From assembly GCA_965644295.1 (NCBI GenBank), contig CBFFRP010000478.1, forward strand, positions 1-19,131: DNA of 19,131 nt, read 5' to 3'. Positions within the stretch are counted from its first letter, which is position 1, and each line of letters begins with the position of its first letter. Source of the stretch: Paraphysomonas bandaiensis (Eukaryota > Protista > Chrysophyceae). Both the position numbers and the translations under genes were made by a program. This document shows positions 1 to 10,320 of this stretch, one piece after another. The notes beneath the pieces were generated by a model. The model had not been told where the DNA came from. It made no database searches and worked only from the letters and a program-made list of their open reading frames with translations.

Positions 1-150
1 TAAGCCTATGACACAGAGCATTCTTTTATTCTGTCTATAGACAATTGCCTGCGTATCATTTGGGTTTTAGCCTATGACACAGAGCACTTTTTGTTGTCTA
101 TAGGCAAAGGCCTGCGTATCATTTGGGTTTAAGCCTATGACACAGAGCAT
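1..150 (+). repeat. ~63-66-bp tandem repeat array (about 2.3 units, may extend upstream of the window)
   Basis: AGCCTATGACACAGAGCA recurs at 3, 69 and 132. GCCTGCGTATCATTTGGGTTT precedes the 2nd and 3rd copies. Unit 1 contains the palindrome TGTCTATAGACA. Confidence 0.92.
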
Positions 151-268
151 TATGGGGGGGCGGTTGTGACTTAGTCGAGCAATAGCCGATTGAGGTCACG
201 GTATTTAATATTTATTTATAGGTTCATATTTTATGGACGATAAGGAGATCAGGCGTTGGACTGAACAT

Positions 269-277
269 AGGAGGGTG
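269..277 (+). other. Polypurine tract immediately 5' of the LTR
   Basis: AGGAGGGTG directly precedes TGTTG at 278, the usual PPT/3'-LTR arrangement of LTR retrotransposons. Confidence 0.6.
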
Positions 278-659
278 TGTTGTCATCCCCGTATAGGAGG
301 TTGGCTGTCATTGGAGTGAAAGCTTGGTTTGATAGTATACTGCTGTATATTGCACTATACTGTGGATGTATAGTATACAGGATATATACAGTGTAGACAG
401 CCAGCTACAGTAGGGTAACGGTATACCATTATACGGTGTATGATGACAATACGGTGTAGGATATGTGCAGTCCAATATGTACAGTGGATTGGTATAGAGT
501 AAGGGCATATATATGTGCCCAAGCAGTGAGCTGTAGGTGTAGTCTGTGATCGAAGATAGATTAGAATGCTAGTCATTATTATCACAGATAACCTCTGATA
601 AAACAAGTTAATAACACTATCATTACTATCAACTTGTGGCTTGTTATTGCCTTACAACA
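278..659 (+). mobile_element. LTR of an LTR retrotransposon (probably Ty1/copia-like 3' LTR), 382 bp
   Basis: Begins TGTTGT and ends ACAACA (6-bp terminal inverted repeat, TG...CA), preceded by a purine tract. A second copy at 4114-4495 has exactly the same boundaries. Confidence 0.8.
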
Positions 660-768
660 CTGTGTCATAGGCTAAAACCCAAATGATACGCAGGCAATTG
701 TCTATAGACAGAATAAAAGAATGCTCTGTGTCATAGGCTTAAACCCAAATGATACGCAGGCAATTGTC
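660..768 (-). repeat. Inverted copy of the ~65-bp tandem repeat (about 1.7 units)
   Basis: 660-741 is the exact reverse complement of 1-82. The repeat continues to about 768 (AAACCCAAATGATACGCAGGCAATTGTC). Confidence 0.92.
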
Positions 769-849
769 CGAAGACAAGATGATATCGATCATAATTGTTG
801 ATTTATAATCTGAAAACAATATATTAGTCATCGTATATCAAAATACAAA

Positions 850-3800
850 CCAGATCATCCTTCCCTGTTTTCTCTTTTATCCTCCGCAGGACCTTCTTAT
901 GATTTCCACTAAAAAAAAACTCCTCCATAATAATCAACAACGCATTTTATCTGCAAATATTAGAGTAGGTTCCAACTGCACACAAGTAGGCCTAGCCCGC
1001 AAGCAATTTTCGAAACCAAATATCTCTCAGTATTGGACTTTAACTCACACAAATGATCACCATGTAGTCGACCTTCTGAACTGCCATATATAACCAGCTC
1101 TGATCCTTGTTCGTGCCTAAGGACCAAGTTCTCCTTCATAATATCACCAACACATACTGAAATAAACTATCGACTAATGCATTGAACTCTTTCAACATTA
1201 TATCCTTCGCAGTAATGATGGATTTGTTTGAAAATAACACTCTCGAAAGAGTATACAGTAGTATCACACTCCTCCTAACAATGTCAACATTATAAACTCA
1301 CATGGAGAATGCAGATGCAATTATTTGTCATTCATTCAACTGCTGCCGATAACCATCATCGAAATTGAAACTTGCTGTCAGGAAAATCTCCAATAAATTT
1401 ATGATCAAATAATGTCGTCGCTACAATAACACTCTTGATAATATGATACTGTGTTGAACACATATTCTTCGTAACATCACACACAACCATCACGAATGCG
1501 TAACTTTAAGAACCATTGGAATGTAAATAACAACGGGTCATTCGAGGAAAAAAGAAAACACACACACTGTACCACTGCACGAATTAAATAATGTTGCATG
1601 GTCATTGAATTCACAAGCTGTCGAACACTGAACCGGCATTGTCGAATACCAATCACTCCTTTCCTTTATAATTGTAGCACAATATTTGAACATAACTCAT
1701 AACGAACAACTGAACATCCGAATTACTTTGTCTCAAAGATTCTCACACAATCTATTAAGATCATCAACTAAATCCATACAAATTGCAGAACAAAATATAT
1801 GTACTTTACTTCACCATGTAACATATACCCTATTATATGTTTGAGACACTTTTCAACTTATTCCGAATTAACTCTTCTTTTGCATTCATTGAAACAGTGA
1901 AGAACGACGAAGAACTATAACTGATCACACTGACAAAACTTTCACCCTGATCATTCAGTCTCTCCCAAAAAAAAACTTTGATACGCTGACACCTCATTCG
2001 CAACATAATAACTCTTTCTTTCAAAAGAAATCGTAACTTCACACAGTCGAATAATAACAGTACAAATCCCAGAAACCAACCAAACGAAATAAACGCACTG
2101 CTGCTTTGTATACCTACTAGGTCCTTGAATAAAAATAACCGTAATTTTAACTCTCGGGTTTCCCTCGTGTTGCTGTCACTCGGCGGGTGTATATACCTTT
2201 GAATAGGTTGTCGATCTCTAAATAAACTCTTGTATAGCCACATACACGACACAACCAAATCAGACCCCTGTAACATATATGATGCTCTCCTGTAGCACAC
2301 CCTCCTGATCATGTGTACTGTTTCCATTGCCTATACACCCTCCTGAACTCTTGACCAAACATATCTATTTATGGTTAGAGTACCATGATGCCGCACACAA
2401 CTCAACAGTTCCCACAGAAGTCCTTGAACTGATTTATAACTCTGTGGTCCATTTCTCATCAATCGTAGGAACCATCTCCTGAATCTTTCATTCATTTAAC
2501 ATAATCTTCAACTCCTAACTTCACCACCCGCACATCTCCACGCACATAGAACTTTCCACTTCCTTTCGACCCGGTATATATAAACAAGTGTAGCTCCATT
2601 TTTGTACCACAAGTTGAGCCTATACCCAAATTCAAACTCTGCATGCGGTACAAACACAAAATTTTAACTGCTACTGTGATGCAATACCACTGACACCACC
2701 GGCCGCTACCCAATAATACGGAGTATATTCTCCACTAAAAGCTTTTATGAAACTGATGCGCAAGAACAACCGGTACTCCTTTATCCACTGTTGGCATCGA
2801 CCATACCGCAAGCTTTTAAAACTATGCTTCAGGAGCTGCCGGCTCTACAACAATTCTCGCAACGAGACTAAGTACCTTAACCTCATGACCATCTATTTAT
2901 AGAAACGCACGAGTTGACACAACTGCAGCCAATATAGATCTTCCGACTCCTCGTGTTCTCTTACCAACGACGCCCATTTATATCTTCTTGACACGTCCAC
3001 ACACATATATTATATATATATATTCCAATCCAATCATATGTCCAACTATCACAATATGAATCCCGGAAACAACTGTTCGATGCATCAGATTAGGTTGCCC
3101 TTAGCTAGTAGCAAACATGCGAAACATCTGATGTAAATACACCTCCTCTATCACTGACGGATTAACAGTAGCTCCTGGCAACAAGCACCATTTTCTAAAT
3201 TTCCAACACCTGATACATATCTCGAGTCATCTACTGAACCCTCCTGAACATTATATTCACACTCAACTAAGGCTCTGATATCAACATAATCCAACTGATG
3301 TATATGCCTTACGTAATAATATATACGGCTGTCGTACAACCAAATTTCCATGCCGATCCCACACTCAAATATACTCTCAACCTCAACACAGCAGCAACTT
3401 CTGTTTGCTCCGGAATCCACAAGGGCCATCATGCATGCATCCTCCCATTGATTCTGACCCTTATTCACCCCAACAAACCGCTGCATACACTCTGTCGATA
3501 CTCCACTGGATCTAACTCATATTCTTCACTAGTTATAACATCGCCCTCTTGATCGTACGCTATGTTTGACGATCACAGACAACAACCGGACATTCGCAAA
3601 AATCATAATACGTAAGATCCTGTTTCGAAGATCACCACTTTCCACGCATTCCAATCTCTGTCATTGACTTCTCAACGCCCAATGAAGGTGAGGCTAATGT
3701 TCCCGGAAAAGCCAGAGCAGGAGGAATATTGATGCCACCTTGGTACATTATAAACCAATCAACCCAGAAGAAACCATAAAAGTCAATCCAATCCCCAACA

Positions 3801-4050
3801 AAGAATTACTTGCACTAGTTACACTCCTATTACGCCGTTGAACCACTCGAATAGTCATTATTTTGTAGACAAGGGCCTCCTTATTCGATAAACACTCCAA
3901 GAGGCCACCACAGAGCAAACGGCTGATGATCTGTGTTCTCCAAAATACCCGTGAAATTAGCCTTTTTCAATTCCTCTTCCACAGTCTCCTCAAACTCAAA
4001 AAACAGCACTCCTTCACTCCATATACATACAATCTCTCTCTGCTCTTCCG
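850..4050 (-). pseudogene. Decayed coding sequence of unknown identity, possibly an old transposon gene
   Basis: Strong strand skew (A/C-rich on +). Minus-strand frames read as protein-like stretches broken by in-frame TGA/TAG, e.g. YEGELGP*ARTRIRAGYIWQFRRSTTW*SFV*VKVQY*EIFGFENCLRARP near 1140-990. No family recognised. Confidence 0.3.
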
Positions 4051-4113
4051 GTCATCGTAACTACACTGCTGGAGCGACATGCTTCAGATAACATACTCTC
4101 GAGAACAAGTTAA

Positions 4114-4495
4114 TGTTGTAAGGCAATAACAAGCCACAAGTTGATAGTAATGATAGTGTTATTAACTTGTTTTATCAGAGGTTATCTGTGATAATAATGA
4201 CTAGCATTCTAATCTATCTTCTATCACAGACTACACCTACAGCTCACTGCTTGGGCACATATATATGCCCTTACTCTATACCAATCCACTGTACATATTG
4301 GACTGTACATATCCTACACCGTATTGTCATCATACACCGTATAATGGTATACCGTTACCCTACTGTAGCTGGCTGTCTACACTGTATATATCCTGTATAC
4401 TATACATCCACAGTATAGTGCAATATACAGCAGTATACTATCAAACCAAGCTTTCACTCCAATGACAGCCAACCTCCTATACGGGGATGACAACA
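4114..4495 (-). mobile_element. Second copy of the 382-bp LTR, opposite orientation (solo-like)
   Basis: Reverse complement of 278-659 (coordinates sum to 4773 at both ends). Two substitutions noticed (R/L and A/V in the mirrored 83-aa ORFs). No PBS, PPT or TSD seen (flanks GTTAA / ATATA). Confidence 0.8.
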
Positions 4496-4496
4496 A

Positions 4497-4746
4497 TATA
4501 TATATTGAAAGTCTTTTTATTTAGCAATAGGCGTTAAAAACCTGTGCCAATATAGTGGCTAGTTGAATGCTAGACATACTAGTTAGACCTCTACCCATAA
4601 CTAATCAGCACAAATTCCATTATCCTACTATTTAACGCTACAGAAGCTGCTTGTGCGTCGCCGCAAGCACCAAGGTGCGACCATTTCCGTTCTTGATGTT
4701 GATTGCGAGTTTCGCCATTGTCGTGTGTCCTAGGACTCACCGGCGC
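4497..4746 (-). mobile_element. Short 5'-truncated non-LTR retrotransposon (LINE) 3' end, 250 bp
   Basis: Aligns to 8347-8610 with scattered substitutions and small indels. On the minus strand it ends AATAAAAAGACTTTCAATATATATA (polyadenylation-like signal plus TA tail). Confidence 0.75.
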
Positions 4747-5797
4747 TATATGATAGATGTGTATGTAGGGGACACGTTGTGCAACGTACAGCATGACAAG
4801 TGAAAGCAGTGATCTAAGTCCACTACTACAACACTGGAACGCTTAAGACTACACATACATTGTGTGCAATTTGCATCGGGGACTGCCTTATGTACCTCAC
4901 GGCAACCAGGGGAACACAGTACTATACCCTGCTTATATTGGCGATCTGGTGGCCTTCCTTTAGACATTGTGCCAAGTGGCTCGGAGGTATGTGGATGAAG
5001 GTCTTGCAAAAGGATATGGCCTACTGTGAAGAAGCGTCGAAATCGACTCTTTTGCTGTCTTAGCCAGCGGTAGAGAGCACATGCAAGAGAGTGTATAGCT
5101 GGACAGGGGTGGGATATGAGGGTCATCCGGTGTGTCCAGCAGTCAATAACTAGGCCCTGGTGTGGAGCTCCCTTAATTACTAATAAAGTTACATAACAGA
5201 CTACGAATCGTAACTACTTCTTGCTCTCCACTGGCACATTAGTTAAAAGTTAAAATGCTATTAGTTTATAGAATTAAGAAGTTTGCCGCTGATAATGGAC
5301 AAAGTTGCCACAAAGTAGCTGTAGAGTTTTAAGAACATTGTTTAGATTTCACTTAGTTCTATATATAGATATAACAATCACCAGTACATGTCATTAATGA
5401 AAAATGTCTCGGCAATTATAATGGCGTTACTATTAGTGGCCATCAATGCCATTACCATTAACGGTTACCAGCCCTGGTATATTGTATAATATCTAGAATT
5501 ACGACAGTACCCAATGGCGAGATATATAACCTGGAGATAAGAAACCACCAAATGAACATAATATATGAAATACGGTCGATACGAGGGTGTCCAAAGTACA
5601 CAAGTGTATGCATGATCACTAAAACTGGCCACGCAAATAGAACATCGTATGCACTAAAACGATACTCAGTTCGCAATATTTTAGTATTTACTGACTTCAC
5701 TCGAATGTTTACATCTTCGCCAGTACAAAGCCAATGCAACAGCTAGCTATCTACATAGCATTATTATATCAAAAGAGCATAACTGCCCGCTGTGGCT

Positions 5798-6363
5798 TTA
5801 AAACCTCTGTTTCGGTTCATCAGGGGCGAGTCGTTCAGTGAAAGCATACATTGCTCCAAACTTCAAGGGTTCACACAAGAGACTTCCAATCAAAACTGCA
5901 GACATCTTGTGGAGAAAAGGCGGTGCATTAGATGTTAACTCGTCTGCCGCATACCCAGGTTCCGGGGGAATATACTGTATAATATACTTTTAAATATACA
6001 AATATATAATGGCACAGTAACTTACGCTGCCGTATATGCTCGGCAATATCTGCAAATAGAAGTCATTTATGTTCATTGGTAGGAAGGCAGTCTGTGTACC
6101 TCTTTTAAGACAAAGCTGTAATCAAACCCGAACGTTCCACATAAAGTATCAATTGAGCACCATAGCAAAATAACTGTCGCAATATCTGCTGTTTCGTGCA
6201 CAGCAATAGCAGTATTTTCATACTTAACCCACCATTCTGAAAATGACTTCGGATTTTCCGCTGTATAATACATGGTTCCTGAATACTGTCGTGCTAACTG
6301 CGCTGACTGACTGCAGAATATGCGATTCGCTCCCATCAGACGACGGGTCAGTTGTCTGAGCAT
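5798..6363 (-). CDS. Three-exon gene, 154 aa, FAM210/DUF1279-like putative mitochondrial membrane protein
   Basis: Exons 6363-6100, 6049-6026 and 5974-5798 join in frame across GT-AG introns of 50 and 51 nt. The N-terminus MLRQLTRRLMGANRIFCSQSAQLARQYS is Arg-rich and acid-free, like a transit peptide. KYENTAIAVH...FGFD and LLCEPLKFGAMYAFTERLA resemble the two conserved DUF1279 blocks. The exon structure is more secure than the family call. Confidence 0.6.
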
Positions 6364-6874
6364 TGCGGTATAACACACTTCTTGTTATAGTACCTCGCAA
6401 AATAACAGCTACTTTTCGGAGGATTTAATACAAAACAATCAATTCAATTCACCGCTCTGTACAGCATAGACCATACATATATATATATGATGTGTGATAC
6501 TTGTATATGCATTTTCTTTGGCTGCTTCATATACCCCATGTGGCATGGCATGGTAAACGGTATATGCATATGCATGGATTGTGGGCTATAATTTCTGTAT
6601 TCTCTGTACTCTAGTATTTCTGTGATTCAGGGTAGCGTATTTACTATGATATGGAAATAGCGATATCGATATCTATCCGCCCTGGTTGGAGTTCGGTTTT
6701 TCAGTGGGTCAATTCATGAATTTACTCGTTTTTTGAACAGAATGATTGGATTATATGACAACCATTCGAACAATCTCCAAAGCGGAATATACATACATAT
6801 ATATACACAACATCATTGTGCAATGCTACAGACCCCTTAAATACTACATACAATCTGCACCAGCACAAAGGAAA
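6364..6874. promoter_or_regulatory. Intergenic region between divergent genes (probable bidirectional promoter region)
   Basis: 511 bp between the minus-strand ATG at 6363 and the plus-strand ATG at 6875, with TA-rich tracts. Inferred from position only. Confidence 0.35.
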
Positions 6875-8103
6875 ATGGGACTTGCATCGAATATCGGAAC
6901 GTGTGTATTTTATAGTATTGCAGTGGTTGTTGCATTGGTGGCTATTGGGTTAGGAAAATATGTGTTTGTATTGGAGAGATGGTCTGCATATGAATCCCTA
7001 GATAGGGAAAACTTCAATGCCGCGAATTGGAAAATTCATCAAGAAAGTGAGATTCCAACCACATATTACTCCGCAGGGAAGCTCGGTGAAGTTTTGCCGA
7101 AGGTATGTCGCAAGGTGCAATGCAAGCATAATGTAATTTAACTGTGTACGATCAGTGGCACCACAATGCATTCCACTTGTACAGACTGAAGGAAGGAGAG
7201 TCTTTTAATTTTGATACTTCCACTATCAAGTCTTCTGTGGTTGGAAAAAAGCTTGACTATAGTTGTATGAGTGACCCTGATGTGAGTGACTGCTTTCGGC
7301 GTAGCTCTCTCATTACAAATTGTGTTTTTGATTACAACAACACTGAGACCGATGAAACGATGATTCAGGCGGAAACGATTCTGAGCGGAGAGGGACGGGG
7401 ATACCGTGCGGCTTTTGCAAATTTAACGAATAGAGAGGTAATCAAGACGGTGTGGGATACTCTTAACGTACCTTTTACTCTGTCCTCGACACGCTTTGAG
7501 CATTCATTTATATCTAATCTGGAGTACCCCGCGATTACCGCACCATTTCATGCCAATGGTCTTACAGACAGTATGGCATATCAGCTGGTAGGATTGAAAA
7601 CTTGGGTGTTTCTCCCGCCTCCTACCTACGTGGAACTGATGAAAGGTACTGCTGCCTCCAGTGCTCTTTTTGTCAAAAATGCTCCCCCCGCTGACTCTAA
7701 GCCTGATGTCTGGTTGATTACCACCCGCCCTGGGGATGTACTTTTTTTCCCCAATTGCTGGGGACATAGTGTATACACCTACGCTGGACCGAACCTTCTC
7801 ATGAACTTCCGCAAGATTTACCCTGGCAACTTTATCAATCAGCCGGTGATATGGATATCTACCATCCTCGAATACTTTCTCACCCAGTCTCATAGAGTGG
7901 AGGCTAATACTAATCAAGATGTTGATGATGAGGAAGTCAAGAAACTCTCTCGGTTTGTTCCCACCAAGAAAGAAAACATCAGAGTCAATGAGATGTATCA
8001 AAAGCTCTGTACATCTGAAGGAAGATCTCCTTTTGATGAGCAAATTCTATCTATTCTTGACGAGGAAGTGAAGAGAGTTGAGACACTTGGGATCAAGGGT
8101 TAA
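6875..8103 (+). CDS. JmjC/cupin-like domain protein with N-terminal signal anchor, two exons, about 391 aa
   Basis: Exon 1 6875-7102, a 53-nt intron GTATGT...ATCAG (7103-7155) and exon 2 7156-8103 join in frame. Hydrophobic segment VFYSIAVVVALVAIGLG. JmjC-like motifs APFHANG, QLVGLKTWVFLPP and RPGDVLFFPNCWGHSVYT. Confidence 0.85.
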
Positions 8104-8346
8104 AGAGATAGTTATGCATGGTGTGGGTACTGCAAGTTTTGGATATATATGCAGTGGAAAATATAGTGTACTGCGTTCTTGCTGATCACTTGCTCAATAG
8201 CGAACTTGCTGGCATGCGCACTACTGGAATGGTAAATAAGACATTTTAATCATAACATTTGTATTTCCGATTTGATAACTACCAAGCTGTGCTGTTAAGA
8301 TGTACCCTACTTTATTACAAGTGCAATGGGTGAAACCAGGGTCTGG

Positions 8347-9690
8347 TATATATATTGAAAGTCTTTTTATTTAGCAATAGGCGTTAAAAACTCGTTCCGA
8401 TATACGATATAGTGGCTAGTTGAATGCTGAATGCTAGACCTACTAGTTAGACCTCTACCCATAACTAATCAGCACAAATTCTATTATCCTACTATTTAGC
8501 GCTACAGAAGCTGCTTGTGCGTCGCCACAAGCACCAAGGTGCAACCACTTCCGTTCTTAATGTTGTTTGTGAGTTTCGCCCTGCTCGTGTGTCTTAGGAC
8601 TCACTGGCGCGTGTTGTCCGGGGGCCTCCCCTTGGGATAAGGTTCCGCCAGGCTCTGAGGTACAGGGTTCTGCATTAAGGTCCTGAGTGTACCGAGCACT
8701 AGATGTGTGTGCTGAGAAGGTTGATGGTGTGGTGGAATGTGTCGTTGTCGCCGTGCACCGTCTGGGCATCAGGCATAGGTGGAGTTGCCGGAGACGGCGT
8801 CGCTGCTGTCTAGGGCCTGCTGGTTTCGTGCGGTCCGGTGCTATGGTCCTATGCGTATGATTGGTGGGGTTCATATGTGCGGTGGACGGTGTTCCAGTCT
8901 CGGTTCGTCTGTGGATTCCTAGTAGTCTTAGCACCCTTGGGCGTTTCCATTTCTGTCTATGTTTTGGACGCAGTCGCGGTAGTAGCCTAGGGGGTCCTTT
9001 CTGTAGGGTAACGTATCGTCTACGTCGATCTTGGATCATTAGCTTTGCTGCAGCGAAAAGCGGTAGAAGCAATCTGATGACCGCTGATTCGATGCTGCGC
9101 AGTCCTTGGGGTGTCAGTGACTCATGGATGTGATCTCCAAAAACCGTCTCGAGTTGTGCAGTTGTGATGATACCCGTCCAGAATCTCTCCACCTGTGGAA
9201 CGGAGGGATTCCAGGCCCTGCTGGAGAGCCGCTGTAGTACAGTGGTGGTCCATTGGGGTAGTACCGGATTTCTCAGTTCTTCTTGAAGCGCGTTTTTGTG
9301 GCTGTAAAATGAAGACTCCCTCATCTGCTTTATGGCGTCAATTGTACAGTCTAGACACATATGCTTGAGTGTGTCTAGTCGAAATCCACAGTCAGAACAT
9401 GCGGCTTTAGCCAGGTCGAGTCCGTGTTTGGTTTTCGCCCGGTTTCTTCCTATGCTGAAAGATTTGTCCCATGTCAGTGCTTCATTGAGTACTCGCTGGC
9501 GCAGGTGGGAACTAACTTTGTCCTTTGATGGTCCACCGTCTGCTTGTGCCAGTTTGCGCGGAAGTAGTGCTCCACTGTCCGTCCAATATCCAGGTGCCCG
9601 GTCGGGATTGTGACCGTAGCGTTGGTCTCTGAGGGTAGTGCATGTGATGTTTCTGAGAACTAGAAACACGTGAATGACAGAAAGCTCTCT
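8347..9690 (-). mobile_element. 5'-truncated non-LTR retrotransposon (LINE), about 1.3 kb
   Basis: GC-richer block carrying the C-terminal part of an ORF with a CCHC finger, then a 3' UTR and TA tail shared with 4497-4746. The 5' boundary is approximate and no TSD was found. Confidence 0.75.
8557..9669 (-). pseudogene. C-terminal fragment of LINE ORF2 (post-RT region with CCHC zinc finger)
   Basis: 370-codon open frame with no ATG start. CSDCGFRLDTLKHMCLDC is C-x2-C-x8-H-x4-C, like the finger downstream of RT in L1/Tx1-type elements, followed by a basic tail. No RT motifs remain. Confidence 0.7.
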
Positions 9691-9825
9691 CTAAAAACGT
9701 TTTAACAGATTAAAGTGTACGCCAGCGGGCTGCTACACTGTTAAGCCTACCAGCGGGTAGAACTCCTCCACACAAACGCAAACCGCGAATGAGCTTAATT
9801 GAATCGTTATTAAAACGTTATATAG
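9691..9825. repeat. Small element with imperfect terminal inverted repeats (MITE-like)
   Basis: AACGTTTTAA (9696-9705) and TTAAAACGTT (9810-9819) form a perfect 10-bp IR inside a looser ~25-bp IR. CCAGCGGG occurs twice internally. Confidence 0.3.
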
Positions 9826-10043
9826 AAGAAGAATGAGTAACACAGCTATACATCTCTACAGTGTAACACACACATCATGTTCAGCATTTCACTTCAACAC
9901 ACAACACACCCGATTAGAAGTATTTTATCCGGTATGTATGTACAGCTTCAACACTCTGAGAGTAGAAACTGAAAATAAAACTGAACACTGAAAATACTAA
10001 AACCCGAAGAAGTATGAAAATTAAAACCTCAATTTTTTGGAGT

Positions 10044-10158
10044 TGTGTAAATTATTTTTCATACTTCGGATAGTTTCGATTCAGCTCCCTCGCAGGATCT
10101 CATAGCAAACGAGTGTAATTTTTCGAAATTAGTAGAAGTATGAAAAATAATTTACACA
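10044..10158. repeat. Perfect 24-bp inverted repeat with 67-bp spacer (repeated in each unit at +1644)
   Basis: TGTGTAAATTATTTTTCATACTTC (10044-10067) and GAAGTATGAAAAATAATTTACACA (10135-10158). Confidence 0.95.
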
Positions 10159-10320
10159 GCCTTAAACTCTAAAAAACCCTTATTTTAAGTATAAAAGTGC
10201 ACTTTTTAAGCATAGAAATCCATCATATTACTGGAACTGTTGAAGTGATAGAACAAGAACACTCATAGTATACTGACTGGACATTCAATGTACATCAACT
10301 AACTGTAATTGTGTTATATA

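Noticed and set aside
1-150. CRISPR-like repeat-spacer array
   Set aside because: The sequences between the conserved blocks are themselves homologous, so this is a tandem repeat. The context is eukaryotic and there are no cas genes.
308-606. 66-aa and 83-aa ORFs (mirrored at 4167-4465)
   Set aside because: They lie wholly inside the LTRs and are low-complexity Tyr/Ile/Thr-rich translations.
3130-3430. ALVDSGA (retropepsin-like) and SDRGGVFTS (integrase-like) strings on the minus strand
   Set aside because: They are in different frames, only about 90 codons apart (too close for a pol polyprotein), and lack supporting motifs. Likely chance, though a translated search would settle it.
278-4495. 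DIRS-type retroelement with inverted terminal repeats supplying the tyrosine recombinase
   Set aside because: Each repeat has its own TG...CA ends and one has a PPT. No RT/RNase H or internal complementary region is recognisable, and the recombinase lies over 5 kb away in its own unit.
5397-5489. 30-aa ORF MKNVSAIIMALLLVAINA... resembling a signal peptide
   Set aside because: It stops early, and no convincing splice to a downstream exon was found.
7504-8043. 179-aa minus-strand ORF
   Set aside because: Antisense shadow of the JmjC exon.
8861-9613. Plus-strand ORFs of 90 and 93 aa
   Set aside because: Antisense to the GC-rich LINE ORF, with no motifs.
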